Shown here piece after piece: positions 18,437 to 29,080 of a stretch of DNA of 64,000 nt. Made by a program: the position numbers and the translations under genes. Source of the DNA: a virus; the IMG/VR virus record IMGVR_UViG_3300028584_001241; one strand, 5' to 3'. How positions within the stretch are numbered: position 1 is the first letter of the stretch; every line of letters begins with the position of its first letter. The notes under the pieces are model-generated. The model did no database searches. It was given only the letters and a program-made list of their open reading frames with translations, and was not told the DNA's origin.

Positions 18437-18496
18437 GCTTTTAATTAAAAATAAAAAAACCGCACGGCGGCGGTTTAATTTTATTGTAACTTTTAT

Positions 18497-20503
18497 TTAT
18501 TGGATACATATTTGATACATTTGGTAACCTTCTATTACACCTAAATAGGCACCTCTTGTGATACTCCAAGTATAGCTTCCATAAGAATAGCGAATTTCAA
18601 CATCTGATATTTTAGTTGTGTTTGGAACAACTTGTAAAGGGTTTGAAAATGGAACTACAAAGTCAAATAATCTAGCCCATATAGATGGTGTATTTGGTAT
18701 TGAACTGCCTGTCCAAATAGAGTTGCCATCGGCCCAGAACCTCCAGTTTCCTGAATTTGAATCTTTATTATAGTAACATTGTCTTACAGCATTTGTGCCA
18801 ACGGCTGCTCGTGTATTTGAAGTAACCCCTGTTTGATTCTCATTTGTATTAACCACTGTCACTGTTCCACCTGTATTGTGATCAACGTAACGCTCAACAC
18901 GAGTTCTAGTTTGCGGAATTTGACAATCTGTAGCAGTTTGTGTAAACCCAATAGCTTTATTAACAGAACTCGTAGCTGGTGACCAATTTGTACAATTGGT
19001 AATAGAACCATTGTTAACCCAAGTGCCAACTGTTACTGTATAATTTCTTGTCGCAGTTTGGTTAACTAATGTTTCCGGGGAATTTACAATAGATCCAACA
19101 TTTCTATAAGCTAACGTAGTTGTTTCTTGTTCTCTATTTTGAACAGTTCTCGTTCTATCAGTTTTACAATTTGTGGCAGTCTGAACAAAAGTTCCTGATA
19201 CAGTTTTTGAGGCACCTGTTGGAGTCCAGTTGGTGCAACTATATAGGTTATTAGTCACTGTCCAGTTACCATATATTGGAGTGGCCGAAACCCAAGTTTC
19301 TTTAGTGCCAGTAGCAGATCTTGTTGATGATACAGTTATATTCTGAGATTCTGATATAGCTGAACCAACATTTCTAATCTCATTAGTTGTGCTTTCTTGT
19401 TCGCGATTTTGTTTATTACGAACCTGTGATTGTTGACAATCAGTGGCTGTTTGTGTAAAAGTTGCACCAACGGTCATACTACTAACGGCTGGTGACCAAT
19501 TTGTACAGTTTGTAATAGAGCCATTATTAACCCATTCCGTGTAGGTTGGAGTGATCGCAGCCCAAGTTTCTTTAGTGCCAGTAGCAGATCTTGTTGATGA
19601 TACAGTTATATTCTGAGATTCTGATATAGTTGAACCAACATTTCTAATCTCATTAGTTGTGCTTTCTTGTTCACGATTCTGTCTAGTTCTTGTTTGATTT
19701 TGCTTACAATCATTAGCTGTTTGTGTAAACAATTGACCAATAGTAATAGTTGTTTCGGCTGGTGACCAGTTGGTACAATTATAAACGGAATCAACATTGC
19801 TCCAATCTGTATATAATGGTATAATAGCCAACCAACTTTCTTTTGTTCCTATTGATTGTCTAGTGTTGCTAACAGTCGTTGATCTATTTTCTGTGGTTAA
19901 TGTGCCTGAGTTTCTAATTACTTGCGTATTTTCTCCAATTTCTCTATTTTGTTTAGTTCTCATTTGAAGTTGAGAACAATCTGTTGCTGTTTGCAAGTAA
20001 ATTTGATTAATTGTAATTGTAGAGGGTGCTGGTGACCAATTTGAGCAATTACTAATTTCGCCTGAGTTTAGCCAATCACTGTACAATGGAGTTGTAACTA
20101 TCCAGTTATCTAGTTTTCCTGTATTTGATCTTGTGCTATTAACTAAAATAACTCTATTTTCGTTTTTTGTTCCTACGACTTTGATAACCTGTGTGTTCTT
20201 TTCTAACTCTCTTAATGTAACTACTCTGGTTTCTTTTTGATTACATTCATTTGATGATTGCTCAAAAACAGTTCCATATTTAATTGTCTGTGGATCAGGA
20301 TTCCAGTTGATACAATCAAAAACAGTACCTAATTTTGTCCAATCTCCATATAGGGATGGATAGGATGTAATATCTTTAAATGTTATAGGCTGATCTTTCA
20401 AATTGTATTTAATGACGTAGCCAGCTTGCGTAAATGCCAATAGAGAGGTTGTTAAAGTGCTGAGAAGAAGCAATTTAACATATTTATTATTATTATTATG
20501 CAT
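18497..20503 (-). CDS. secreted repeat protein: about six ~90-aa W/C-rich repeats plus a Cys-bracketed C-terminal domain
   Basis: Signal peptide; repeats Y..W...G....C.NWSP...QTATDC.Q.Q.R..Q.RE; ends ITRGAYLG...YQICIQ. Confidence 0.85.
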   Translation of the reverse strand: MHNNNNKYVKLLLLSTLTTSLLAFTQAGYVIKYNLKDQPITFKDITSYPSLYGDWTKLGTVFDCINWNPDPQTIKYGTVFEQSSNECNQKETRVVTLRELEKNTQVIKVVGTKNENRVILVNSTRSNTGKLDNWIVTTPLYSDWLNSGEISNCSNWSPAPSTITINQIYLQTATDCSQLQMRTKQNREIGENTQVIRNSGTLTTENRSTTVSNTRQSIGTKESWLAIIPLYTDWSNVDSVYNCTNWSPAETTITIGQLFTQTANDCKQNQTRTRQNREQESTTNEIRNVGSTISESQNITVSSTRSATGTKETWAAITPTYTEWVNNGSITNCTNWSPAVSSMTVGATFTQTATDCQQSQVRNKQNREQESTTNEIRNVGSAISESQNITVSSTRSATGTKETWVSATPIYGNWTVTNNLYSCTNWTPTGASKTVSGTFVQTATNCKTDRTRTVQNREQETTTLAYRNVGSIVNSPETLVNQTATRNYTVTVGTWVNNGSITNCTNWSPATSSVNKAIGFTQTATDCQIPQTRTRVERYVDHNTGGTVTVVNTNENQTGVTSNTRAAVGTNAVRQCYYNKDSNSGNWRFWADGNSIWTGSSIPNTPSIWARLFDFVVPFSNPLQVVPNTTKISDVEIRYSYGSYTWSITRGAYLGVIEGYQMYQICIQ
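19291..19678. repeat. 118-bp direct repeat, two copies 270 bp apart
   Basis: 19291-19408 versus 19561-19678 differ only at 19360/19630 and 19403/19673. Confidence 0.9.
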
Positions 20504-20637
20504 AATTATTATTAATGTTTATGTATATTATTATATATCTTGTATTTACAAAAGCAATTCATAGTCAAATATATATTATAAAGTATCAAAAAAAATACCC
20601 TGCCCTGATAGCGGGGGTTTTGTTAAACGTTTAATTG

Positions 20638-21627
20638 TTAAAACAATAACATTTCTGCAGTGTTCAACCTATTCTTAAAATCAATTGAATTGAAATCATA
20701 AGCTGACGGTGTATTCAATTCAGGTAACACATCATTAATTTCATTGTGTGGACAAAATTTCAAATTAAGTAGAAAGAAAAAGTCTTGATTGCTTAAACCA
20801 TACGTTGGGACTACATCTATTGTTATGTTATGGTCTACATAATATTTTTTCTCGTATTTTTTAAGATTGAGATCTTGATCAAATGAAATAATATCTTGTG
20901 TAAGCTTAAATCTATCTACTGATTTTGATTGAAAAATAAATTTTACCTTTTTTATTTTTGTAGACGTATCAAATTCTATTTCACAATGTGAATCAAATTT
21001 TGAACTGTTAAAGTGATTAACATGTATAGAAAAGATATTAGTTCTTATTTTAAACTTTTTATCACTATAAGATAAAGAAAATTTTCTATTTTTATTATTC
21101 AATCCTACTGAACTATAATCATAATGTTTACTTAAATGAATTTGATTAAAAAATTTTTCAAGTAACGACTCATCACATCTAAATTTAGTAGACAATTTGT
21201 TTAATTGAGTGATCAATGAACGTTTTAATTCAAACTCCATGTCGCATAGGGTTTGATAATATTTGTGCATGCCTTGGATATCATCCTTAAACTGGTAGTC
21301 AACAAATTCCATGTCGGCATTATAAATCATGATCATTGTTGATTTTTTAACGTCATCTCTAAATTCTACATGCACTTTATATAACGCGGCTGAATTATTA
21401 AAATGCGTAATAATAGTTGAAGATGTAATTGACTTATTAATATCATCACCAAAATCAGCATTTATAAAATCATTAGCGAAAGAATAACTAAGACACTCAG
21501 AATCAATCTCACTCAACGAAGTCGTAATAAAATAATCAGAAGCCCCCAGTGTTTTCAAAACATAGGTTAAACTATTCTTGATTATTTGAATATTTTCTTC
21601 TTTGTTATCATATCTTTTGTGCAGCAT
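20638..21627 (-). CDS. hypothetical protein; MxxF tail
   Basis: 329-aa ORF, GAGG RBS, ends AEMLLF. Confidence 0.8.
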   Translation of the reverse strand: MLHKRYDNKEENIQIIKNSLTYVLKTLGASDYFITTSLSEIDSECLSYSFANDFINADFGDDINKSITSSTIITHFNNSAALYKVHVEFRDDVKKSTMIMIYNADMEFVDYQFKDDIQGMHKYYQTLCDMEFELKRSLITQLNKLSTKFRCDESLLEKFFNQIHLSKHYDYSSVGLNNKNRKFSLSYSDKKFKIRTNIFSIHVNHFNSSKFDSHCEIEFDTSTKIKKVKFIFQSKSVDRFKLTQDIISFDQDLNLKKYEKKYYVDHNITIDVVPTYGLSNQDFFFLLNLKFCPHNEINDVLPELNTPSAYDFNSIDFKNRLNTAEMLLF

Positions 21628-21656
21628 AAAAAATCCTCATAGTCATTAAATAATTA

Positions 21657-21881
21657 TCAAACTAGTAACATTCCATCTCCAAAATCATAGTTTATTTCAG
21701 TGGTTTTAAACTTGAATAAATTATTATCATTTTCATTTGTGATTAATTTAATATCAGTATCCAACAAAGATACAAGCCCAACAGTACCTTGTTTGCTAAC
21801 ACGCAAGTTATCTAAAATTGTGGTTAAAACATCTTTCAAAGATGGTTCCTGATGGAATTGTCTTATTGGACTATATGACAT
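21657..21881 (-). CDS. small hypothetical protein; MxxV tail
   Basis: Likely start MSYSPIRQ at 21881; ends GMLLV. Confidence 0.6.
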   Translation of the reverse strand: MSYSPIRQFHQEPSLKDVLTTILDNLRVSKQGTVGLVSLLDTDIKLITNENDNNLFKFKTTEINYDFGDGMLLV

Positions 21882-22001
21882 AGATTCTCTTCGATAAGGT
21901 AACTTATTCAAGTAATTTTCAAACATTATCATAACATTTTTAGAGAAAAATGGCAATCAAAATTTTTCATGATAACTTACATATAATACAGGAGATAATT
22001 C

Positions 22002-22430
22002 ATGGAAAAATTAACCTTTGCTAAACGTGTTAAGTTAGCTGAAAAAAGATTAGGCATTAAACTGCCTATGTCTTATTTAAAATTTATAAAAGAGTTTGAA
22101 GGTGTGGATCATTTAAGTGATAAAGGGTCTGGCAAATGGCTTACATTAGAAGAGTTGGGTGATGGCAATGATTTCAATATTGATATTGATGATAGCACTG
22201 ATGCTATTCGCAAAAAATTAGTAGTTGTTTACACTAACAGCACCAATGACCGCTTAGTGATAGACACTCGATCTATTAATGATGGGAGTTACGGCACCAT
22301 TATTTATCCCGGTGACCCATTAACTGATTCAGTTGATATCCAATATTATAACTTTGAAGAATTTTTAGACAGTGAAGGTAGATTGGATGAAAACAATAAA
22401 TTATGCTTTGATTATTTCAGTTGGGGTTAA
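22002..22430 (+). CDS. SMI1/KNR4 (SUKH) family protein
   Basis: AEKRLGIKLP.SY.KF.KEF.G signature. Confidence 0.8.
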   Translation: MEKLTFAKRVKLAEKRLGIKLPMSYLKFIKEFEGVDHLSDKGSGKWLTLEELGDGNDFNIDIDDSTDAIRKKLVVVYTNSTNDRLVIDTRSINDGSYGTIIYPGDPLTDSVDIQYYNFEEFLDSEGRLDENNKLCFDYFSWG

Positions 22431-22543
22431 ATAACAAATTTATTTAATTTTTTACCTTTATTAAGCAATTTTTTATATTTTTGCTATTGACTTTGTTGTT
22501 TTTCGATCTATCCTATTTTTAACTTATTAAAATGGGGTTTTTT

Positions 22544-23248
22544 ATGAATGGAAAACTGATAGAATTAAAGATATTAAATAAAAATGTTTCAATGAAAAAA
22601 AAGGAATTACAAGATATAAAATCGCACGCTAGTGATTTTGGTGAGAAAGATAGTAGTGGAAATAATATTTATCGTGTTAGTTCAACAACTACATCTACTT
22701 ATAAAAATTATACAGAAACAAATATTGAATTCATTGAAGAATCTACAGGGGATTTATATACTGCTCAAATTATTGAAGATGATTTTCTACCAACAGTTAA
22801 TAGCACAATAAAAGTTTATGTTAGTGATGATAAAAAATTATTAGCGTATCAACCATATAAAAATGCAGACCCAATAATAGTCAAAGACAATTTCCCAGAA
22901 CACGGTATTCTAGATGTTATTGCAAAGTTTATATACGGTATAATATATGCTATTCCTGTAATAACAATTCCTGCAGTATGGGATTTAAGAAAAGCATGTG
23001 AAAGGTACAATGATGGCAATAAATCATCTCGCTATTTGTTAAATGTATTTCTAATGCTATTTTTTGTTTCTTTTCAAGTTTACTTTACTTATTATCTTTA
23101 TGATCATGGTCGTAAACATTTTTGGGAGGCTATGGGTGGTTATTTAAGTGGTGGTATTGTTGTTGGATTACTTACAGCTTTTTCTGAGTTTTCAAATATG
23201 TTAAATTTAAAAAGTTATCAAGTAAAAATAAAAAGAAAATTCAAATAA
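22544..23248 (+). CDS. membrane protein (soluble N-terminal domain plus about 3 TM segments)
   Basis: Hydrophobic segments in the C-terminal half; start may be 22532 or 22544. Confidence 0.75.
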   Translation: MNGKLIELKILNKNVSMKKKELQDIKSHASDFGEKDSSGNNIYRVSSTTTSTYKNYTETNIEFIEESTGDLYTAQIIEDDFLPTVNSTIKVYVSDDKKLLAYQPYKNADPIIVKDNFPEHGILDVIAKFIYGIIYAIPVITIPAVWDLRKACERYNDGNKSSRYLLNVFLMLFFVSFQVYFTYYLYDHGRKHFWEAMGGYLSGGIVVGLLTAFSEFSNMLNLKSYQVKIKRKFK

Positions 23249-23271
23249 AAAATTAAGGAGACTTTATAATC

Positions 23272-23994
23272 ATGTTAAATATTCATAAATGTATCGTAAA
23301 AGAAAAGAATCGCTTTATAGTGACAGAAGGTGAATATGTATCTTTTAATAATATTCGTCGTGATGTTAAATTTATAGGGCCAGATCATTTAGTACACTCA
23401 TACGGGTCTAATAATAATACTGAGCTTAAAACTGTATTTCATTACACATTAGAAGAACTGGACACAGGTAAATTACATAAACTAAAAATATACGAAAATG
23501 ACTTAAATGTAGATGATGTCATCTATATAGGTGAAAAGAATAATAACATAGTAACTTATTCTAATACAGACATTGATAAAAATGTTGATAGTCGCCCAGA
23601 GACTTCAAATGATGTTAAAGTCGTAAAATCATTACAAAAAATGACAAAAAAAGATATTTTTCTTGCTGTTGCAGCTTTTATTGGATTTTTATTACCATTT
23701 GTATCAACATGGATGAATTTCAAATTAGCTTTTAAACATGATTTCAAATCAACAAAAGAAAAGTATCCCGAAGTCAATATTAAATTGGTAAGGTTTATTT
23801 GTGCTGTCTGTGGATTCATGCCAATATTCTTTACACTGAAACTGGCCTTTTATGGCATTTTAAGTTTAAGTGTTTATATGTCATCCGTAACGACATGGGG
23901 ATTTATTTCAGCTCTCGTCATTGTAGGTGGTTCAATATATCTTCATACTAACAAAGAGAAAGAAATAGAAAATTTCACAAGAAAAACGAAATAA
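23272..23994 (+). CDS. membrane protein, same architecture as 22544-23248
   Basis: AGGAG RBS; 3-4 hydrophobic segments in the C-terminal half. Confidence 0.75.
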   Translation: MLNIHKCIVKEKNRFIVTEGEYVSFNNIRRDVKFIGPDHLVHSYGSNNNTELKTVFHYTLEELDTGKLHKLKIYENDLNVDDVIYIGEKNNNIVTYSNTDIDKNVDSRPETSNDVKVVKSLQKMTKKDIFLAVAAFIGFLLPFVSTWMNFKLAFKHDFKSTKEKYPEVNIKLVRFICAVCGFMPIFFTLKLAFYGILSLSVYMSSVTTWGFISALVIVGGSIYLHTNKEKEIENFTRKTK

Positions 23995-24031
23995 GAAAAG
24001 GAGCCTAGGCTCCTTTTTTATTGCATCATAT

Positions 24032-24850
24032 TTAAATTGAATTTTTAACTCTGTTTCTTACCGTTACTGGGAAAGCTTCAAGTTTAACGTCAACTTCTTT
24101 ATCAATTTCTAGACGTTTATCAGCTAACGCTTTATGACTATCAGTCACTGCTTGTTTCTTACCAGTAATATCTGCTTTCTGAGTAAGAGTTTTTCTCTCT
24201 TCATCCATAAGGCGATCAAGTTCTCTAATTCTTTCAACAAGAGCCTTTCTCTCGATGGTCAATGGAGAATCTGCAATTTTTTTAGCCACTGATCGTTGTG
24301 CTTTATCCAGTGCTTTTTCTGCATTCGCAATCATTTCTTCATAGCCAGCATTTTCAAGTTCTTTCAACTTGCTTGTTAGGAACTTGCTCACAGTGCTGGT
24401 GGCTTGCTTCAAATCATTTTTGAAGTCAATCACTTCTTTTAACATATGCTTAGAAAAAAGAGACAAAGCTTCTGTGAAGTCGTAACCACCTTTTGTTTGA
24501 GCAATATTCAAATCTTTATTCAATGCATTGAGATTAGATTTAAAATCTTCCAACGTCATGTTGTAGCTGGTCTTGATACTGTCATCACCTGTTTTAATAC
24601 TGCCAACAACTCGTTGTTTGTCAGCAGGAATACCCATGTATTCAAACACCAAAGCAAAAGATGTATCTGAGTAGTGATCTTTGAAGATAAGAATGAAATC
24701 AGATTCAACACCTTTTGAATAGCCACCATCATGATTGCTTTTAGATGCCGTTTTATTCAATTCAGTCCTTTTTGATACACTATTAAGGTGCATTTTAAGG
24801 TTGCTTAGGCCAGTGCTGTATCTTTTCATTGGAGTCATTTCAGTACTCAT
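24032..24850 (-). CDS. hypothetical coiled-coil protein
   Basis: 272-aa ORF, GAGG RBS, helical C-terminal half. Confidence 0.8.
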   Translation of the reverse strand: MSTEMTPMKRYSTGLSNLKMHLNSVSKRTELNKTASKSNHDGGYSKGVESDFILIFKDHYSDTSFALVFEYMGIPADKQRVVGSIKTGDDSIKTSYNMTLEDFKSNLNALNKDLNIAQTKGGYDFTEALSLFSKHMLKEVIDFKNDLKQATSTVSKFLTSKLKELENAGYEEMIANAEKALDKAQRSVAKKIADSPLTIERKALVERIRELDRLMDEERKTLTQKADITGKKQAVTDSHKALADKRLEIDKEVDVKLEAFPVTVRNRVKNSI

Positions 24851-24969
24851 GTTTTATCCCTCGTGTTTATTTTTACATTGTATCATAAAAATGAAAAAAA
24901 ATGTTACTAATTTTCAAAATAAAACTAGGTAAAATACATGTAATATGGGGAATTTATTAAATTATAGAC

Positions 24970-25049
24970 AAAAAAAAACTACATTTCTGTAATTTTTTCT
25001 TCTAACTAGAGGAGAACAACATGCAAAAGCAACGTAACCAACGTTACCT
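24970..25049 (-). ncRNA. putative ~80-nt small RNA with anti-SD seed
   Basis: Flanked by TTGACA-17-TATTAT promoter (25084-25056) and terminator AATTACA-GAAA-TGTAGTT with T-run; 5' hairpin GTAAC-GTTG-GTTAC; central UUCUCCUCUAG. Confidence 0.6.
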
Positions 25050-25055
25050 AATACT

Positions 25056-25084
25056 ATAATAAGGCTCAATGATATCATTGTCAA
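25056..25084 (-). promoter_or_regulatory. sigma70 promoter overlapped by the perfect palindrome CAATGATATCATTG (25067-25080)
   Basis: TTGACA-17-TATTAT; the palindrome is one base shorter than the Fur-box core AATGATAATCATT. Confidence 0.65.
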
Positions 25085-25198
25085 TACATCAAAATATAAT
25101 TTAACTTTTTTATTTTAAATAAATGATTTTTTGCCTGTTTGTTAAATATTATAGTTTTTAACTATTGAAATCATAACCACAATAAATCTACTAACTTA

Positions 25199-25227
25199 TT
25201 GATTAATTGTATTTTTCGAAGTATAAT
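25199..25227 (+). promoter_or_regulatory. sigma70-type promoter for trxB
   Basis: TTGATT-17 nt-TATAAT. Confidence 0.7.
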
Positions 25228-25232
25228 TATGA

Positions 25233-26192
<960 letters not shown>

Positions 26193-26254
26193 GAGGAATA
26201 TATTGTAAAGAAAAAAGCCTGATTGATATCAGGCTTTTTATTATCTCTAATTTT

Positions 26255-26902
26255 TTAAATTGCTGTTCTGCATATTTGGTAGTAGTGATACCATAAGCTA
26301 TCGTTGTAAAGTGATTTATATTGAAAGGTTGAACGTTTATACTTATAAGAACCAACTACAAATTCTGTTGGTTGATTACCACCACCCACACCCATTGTGC
26401 TTTTAACTTGAACACCATCCCATGTCAACACTGAACCCTTACCATCCGTGGCACCGACTGCACGAGATACATCATACCAGTGGAAATTTTTACCAGACAT
26501 TGAATAACGACATTCCTCAACTGGTTTTGTTCCTATACTTTGTGCCTTGTATGTATAATCTGATATAACTCTATTTTCTTTAGACTCTCCATTGGGTTTA
26601 GTTTCCCCTGTATCTTTTCTTACAAGATATTGAGTAACTGTTCTTTCTTGATTCATATCACATTGAGAAAAAGTTTTTTCGTAACTTTCGCCTGCTGGCA
26701 TTGTATTTTCTAGTGGTGACTGAACTTTACAATTACTTGGATTCCCTACGTTCGTCCATGCCGAATACTGTGGTTCTGTGGCATCCCATTTAGGAATATT
26801 TTTAAATGAAACATATTTAACAGGGTAAACTATGGTATAATCAGCGAGTGAAGTAACGCCAATTATACTGATTAATAGAGGTAATGTGATTTTAAATGAC
26901 AT
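26255..26902 (-). CDS. secreted protein: one W/C repeat plus a Cys-bracketed C-terminal domain (family of 18497-20503)
   Basis: Signal peptide + ADY..; Y.AW.N.G..SNC; C-terminal CRY...VVGSYKYKR...YQICR. Confidence 0.8.
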   Translation of the reverse strand: MSFKITLPLLISIIGVTSLADYTIVYPVKYVSFKNIPKWDATEPQYSAWTNVGNPSNCKVQSPLENTMPAGESYEKTFSQCDMNQERTVTQYLVRKDTGETKPNGESKENRVISDYTYKAQSIGTKPVEECRYSMSGKNFHWYDVSRAVGATDGKGSVLTWDGVQVKSTMGVGGGNQPTEFVVGSYKYKRSTFQYKSLYNDSLWYHYYQICRTAI

Positions 26903-26983
26903 ATATTTATTGTTATTGTTTTAAATATTATAATACTTAATTACCCATATATGTCAAATTTTATTAACAATGTAAGTATTAAA

Positions 26984-27820
26984 TTAAATTTGTTCCATCT
27001 CTAAAATCAATAAATAATCATCAAAAGAGTCTGATCGAACCAATTCGTTTAATTTCGGGAAGTCAGGGAATGATTTTTGTAATTGATGCAATTTTTTTGA
27101 AACAATATTTTTAATAGAATTATTTTCAAATTTAATCATAAAGTTTTCGTAAAAATGATCTTTTTTATCCACAACTGCTAACAATAGATTAGGTAATGAA
27201 CTAGAAATTCCCTTAAATGTTTTTCCACTCAAAACTGTTAAGCCAGTTGATTGTTTAGCAATTTTTTCGTCACTAATCACATGTTCAATAAAACAGTTTC
27301 CTTTCTTTACCTTAAATGAACATTCAATACGACCACGAAGAATTATATTGCTGGTATTTTCTTTAATAGCAGCCAATGAAAGTCTATAATAGCGATCAAT
27401 AATAGTATGGCATTCATTGTTAAATTTAATAAAGTTTAGCATAGTCTTTTGGTCGCCATAAAAAAAGATGACAACTCGAATAATATTACCATTTGAATAG
27501 TACGCCTTTCCTTGAACCTCTTTAAAGAATTCATAATATTTTAAAATGTAAGCTGATTTATTCTTTTTAACACTTGATTCACCTGTATTAAATTTAAAAT
27601 CATAAATTGAAATTTGGTTTTGTTTTAAATGAGCTTTATTATTCCAATTGTTTTTATTCAAAGTAGATTTATCTTTTATGGTGTCATCTTTTCTAACAGT
27701 TAACTCTTTACAATTAACACCCAATGTATGCTGTGCAAAGGTTTTGATAAACTGTGAAACCCTAATCTCTGATATTTGTCCAAGATCAGACGAATTAATT
27801 ATTTTGTATTTAACTTCCAT
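26984..27820 (-). CDS. hypothetical protein; MxxI tail
   Basis: Ends YLLILEMEQI. Confidence 0.8.
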   Translation of the reverse strand: MEVKYKIINSSDLGQISEIRVSQFIKTFAQHTLGVNCKELTVRKDDTIKDKSTLNKNNWNNKAHLKQNQISIYDFKFNTGESSVKKNKSAYILKYYEFFKEVQGKAYYSNGNIIRVVIFFYGDQKTMLNFIKFNNECHTIIDRYYRLSLAAIKENTSNIILRGRIECSFKVKKGNCFIEHVISDEKIAKQSTGLTVLSGKTFKGISSSLPNLLLAVVDKKDHFYENFMIKFENNSIKNIVSKKLHQLQKSFPDFPKLNELVRSDSFDDYLLILEMEQI

Positions 27821-28411
27821 TCAAATCTCCATCATATTGTATAAAGTGATTTTTTGTTCTGTACTTGAATCCATTATGTCTAAATCTTTTTCCTTGAAGT
27901 ATTTATCTAAATGGTTTTCGACTACGATAAAAAAGTGCTTAGCATTGTGTTCATAACCACTTTGTTTATTGTTATACGTCATTTCAAAATTATAATTAAC
28001 GGGTGATATTTGATAAGATACATACTTTTTCTCATCCATACATTGTTTCGCTATGAAACTAATATTTAAATAAGGTTCATATTCTTCAGAAATATCAACA
28101 ATTCTCTTAAAGGCTGAATAATAGTGAATGGCTTCACTAATCTTTTTTTGAATTTCTATTCCATTAAAATTAGCACCATTTGCTTGATTAAAATTATAAT
28201 CAACAGGGATTCTCATATCGACAATAACATCATCAACCTTCTTGTTAAATTTAAAATCCAAGGTGACTATTCGAGATGCACCAAAATTGTAATGAATCGT
28301 CATCAACTTATTACCCGGATAGTATCTAGATGTGCCTGTTGTCATATCTAATCCAAAATAATCTTGTAAAAATTGAAAAAAAACATCAAATTCAAAATTC
28401 TTATTTTTCAT
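27821..28411 (-). CDS. hypothetical protein, paralog of 28413-29015; MxxI tail
   Basis: Shared DFK, RIP, PYLNI, LD.YF...LDI; ends LYNMMEI. Confidence 0.85.
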   Translation of the reverse strand: MKNKNFEFDVFFQFLQDYFGLDMTTGTSRYYPGNKLMTIHYNFGASRIVTLDFKFNKKVDDVIVDMRIPVDYNFNQANGANFNGIEIQKKISEAIHYYSAFKRIVDISEEYEPYLNISFIAKQCMDEKKYVSYQISPVNYNFEMTYNNKQSGYEHNAKHFFIVVENHLDKYFKEKDLDIMDSSTEQKITLYNMMEI

Positions 28412-28412
28412 T

Positions 28413-29015
28413 TTAAATCTCCATCATGCCATACAGCTCTAATTTACGTTTATAATCAACGCCTTCGATATCAAGGTTGGCTTTCGAGAAATACGCTTCA
28501 AGATAGCTGTCAACATAACCAATAAAGTCGGTACAGTTATCAGATTGACCATTTTCTTTAACATTAAATGAGACTTCAAACTCATAGCTCACATTGCTAA
28601 TTTTATGACGTAAAATACCTTGTTCATCATTTATCTGATCAACATTACACTTAATATTCAAATAAGGTCTTCCATTATAAGAAGCACTGGTGATTTTCTT
28701 AAAAATAGGTAAATACATTTTAGCTTTATGGATATTACTTTTAATCAGTGAGCTGTTGATGATCATCCCATTGCCTTTTTTGAACCCATTATTGAGTGGA
28801 ATACGAACAAACAAAGAAAGGTTTTCAATATTATCAGTATATTTAAAATCCATAACCATAATACGAAGATCATTAGATGTTAGATAGTTTTCATTGTTAT
28901 AGTAAATGGTGAGATCTTTCTTACCATAGTAAAAAGTCGTGCGACCTTTTTCAACTTTTAAATCAAAATAAGACTGAAAGGTTTTAAGAAATTTTTCATC
29001 ATTGAATGTTCTCAT
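28413..29015 (-). CDS. hypothetical protein, paralog of 27821-28411; MxxI tail
   Basis: Ends LYGMMEI. Confidence 0.85.
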   Translation of the reverse strand: MRTFNDEKFLKTFQSYFDLKVEKGRTTFYYGKKDLTIYYNNENYLTSNDLRIMVMDFKYTDNIENLSLFVRIPLNNGFKKGNGMIINSSLIKSNIHKAKMYLPIFKKITSASYNGRPYLNIKCNVDQINDEQGILRHKISNVSYEFEVSFNVKENGQSDNCTDFIGYVDSYLEAYFSKANLDIEGVDYKRKLELYGMMEI

Positions 29016-29080
29016 CGTTATTGACCTTATCTATAATTTTCTAATGCGACATTATATCAAATTACAATGCATATAGCTAC

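Noticed and set aside
18497-20503. Diversity-generating retroelement acting on the variable tip domains
   Set aside because: No reverse transcriptase and no template/variable repeat pair differing at adenines in this window.
25021-25059. Plus-strand 12-aa ORF MQKQRNQRYLIL with an apparent GAGGAG RBS
   Set aside because: No convincing plus-strand promoter. The apparent RBS is better explained as the complement of the anti-SD seed of the minus-strand sRNA, which has a promoter and terminator. It is not hydrophobic like type I toxins. It is not fully excluded without Ribo-seq.
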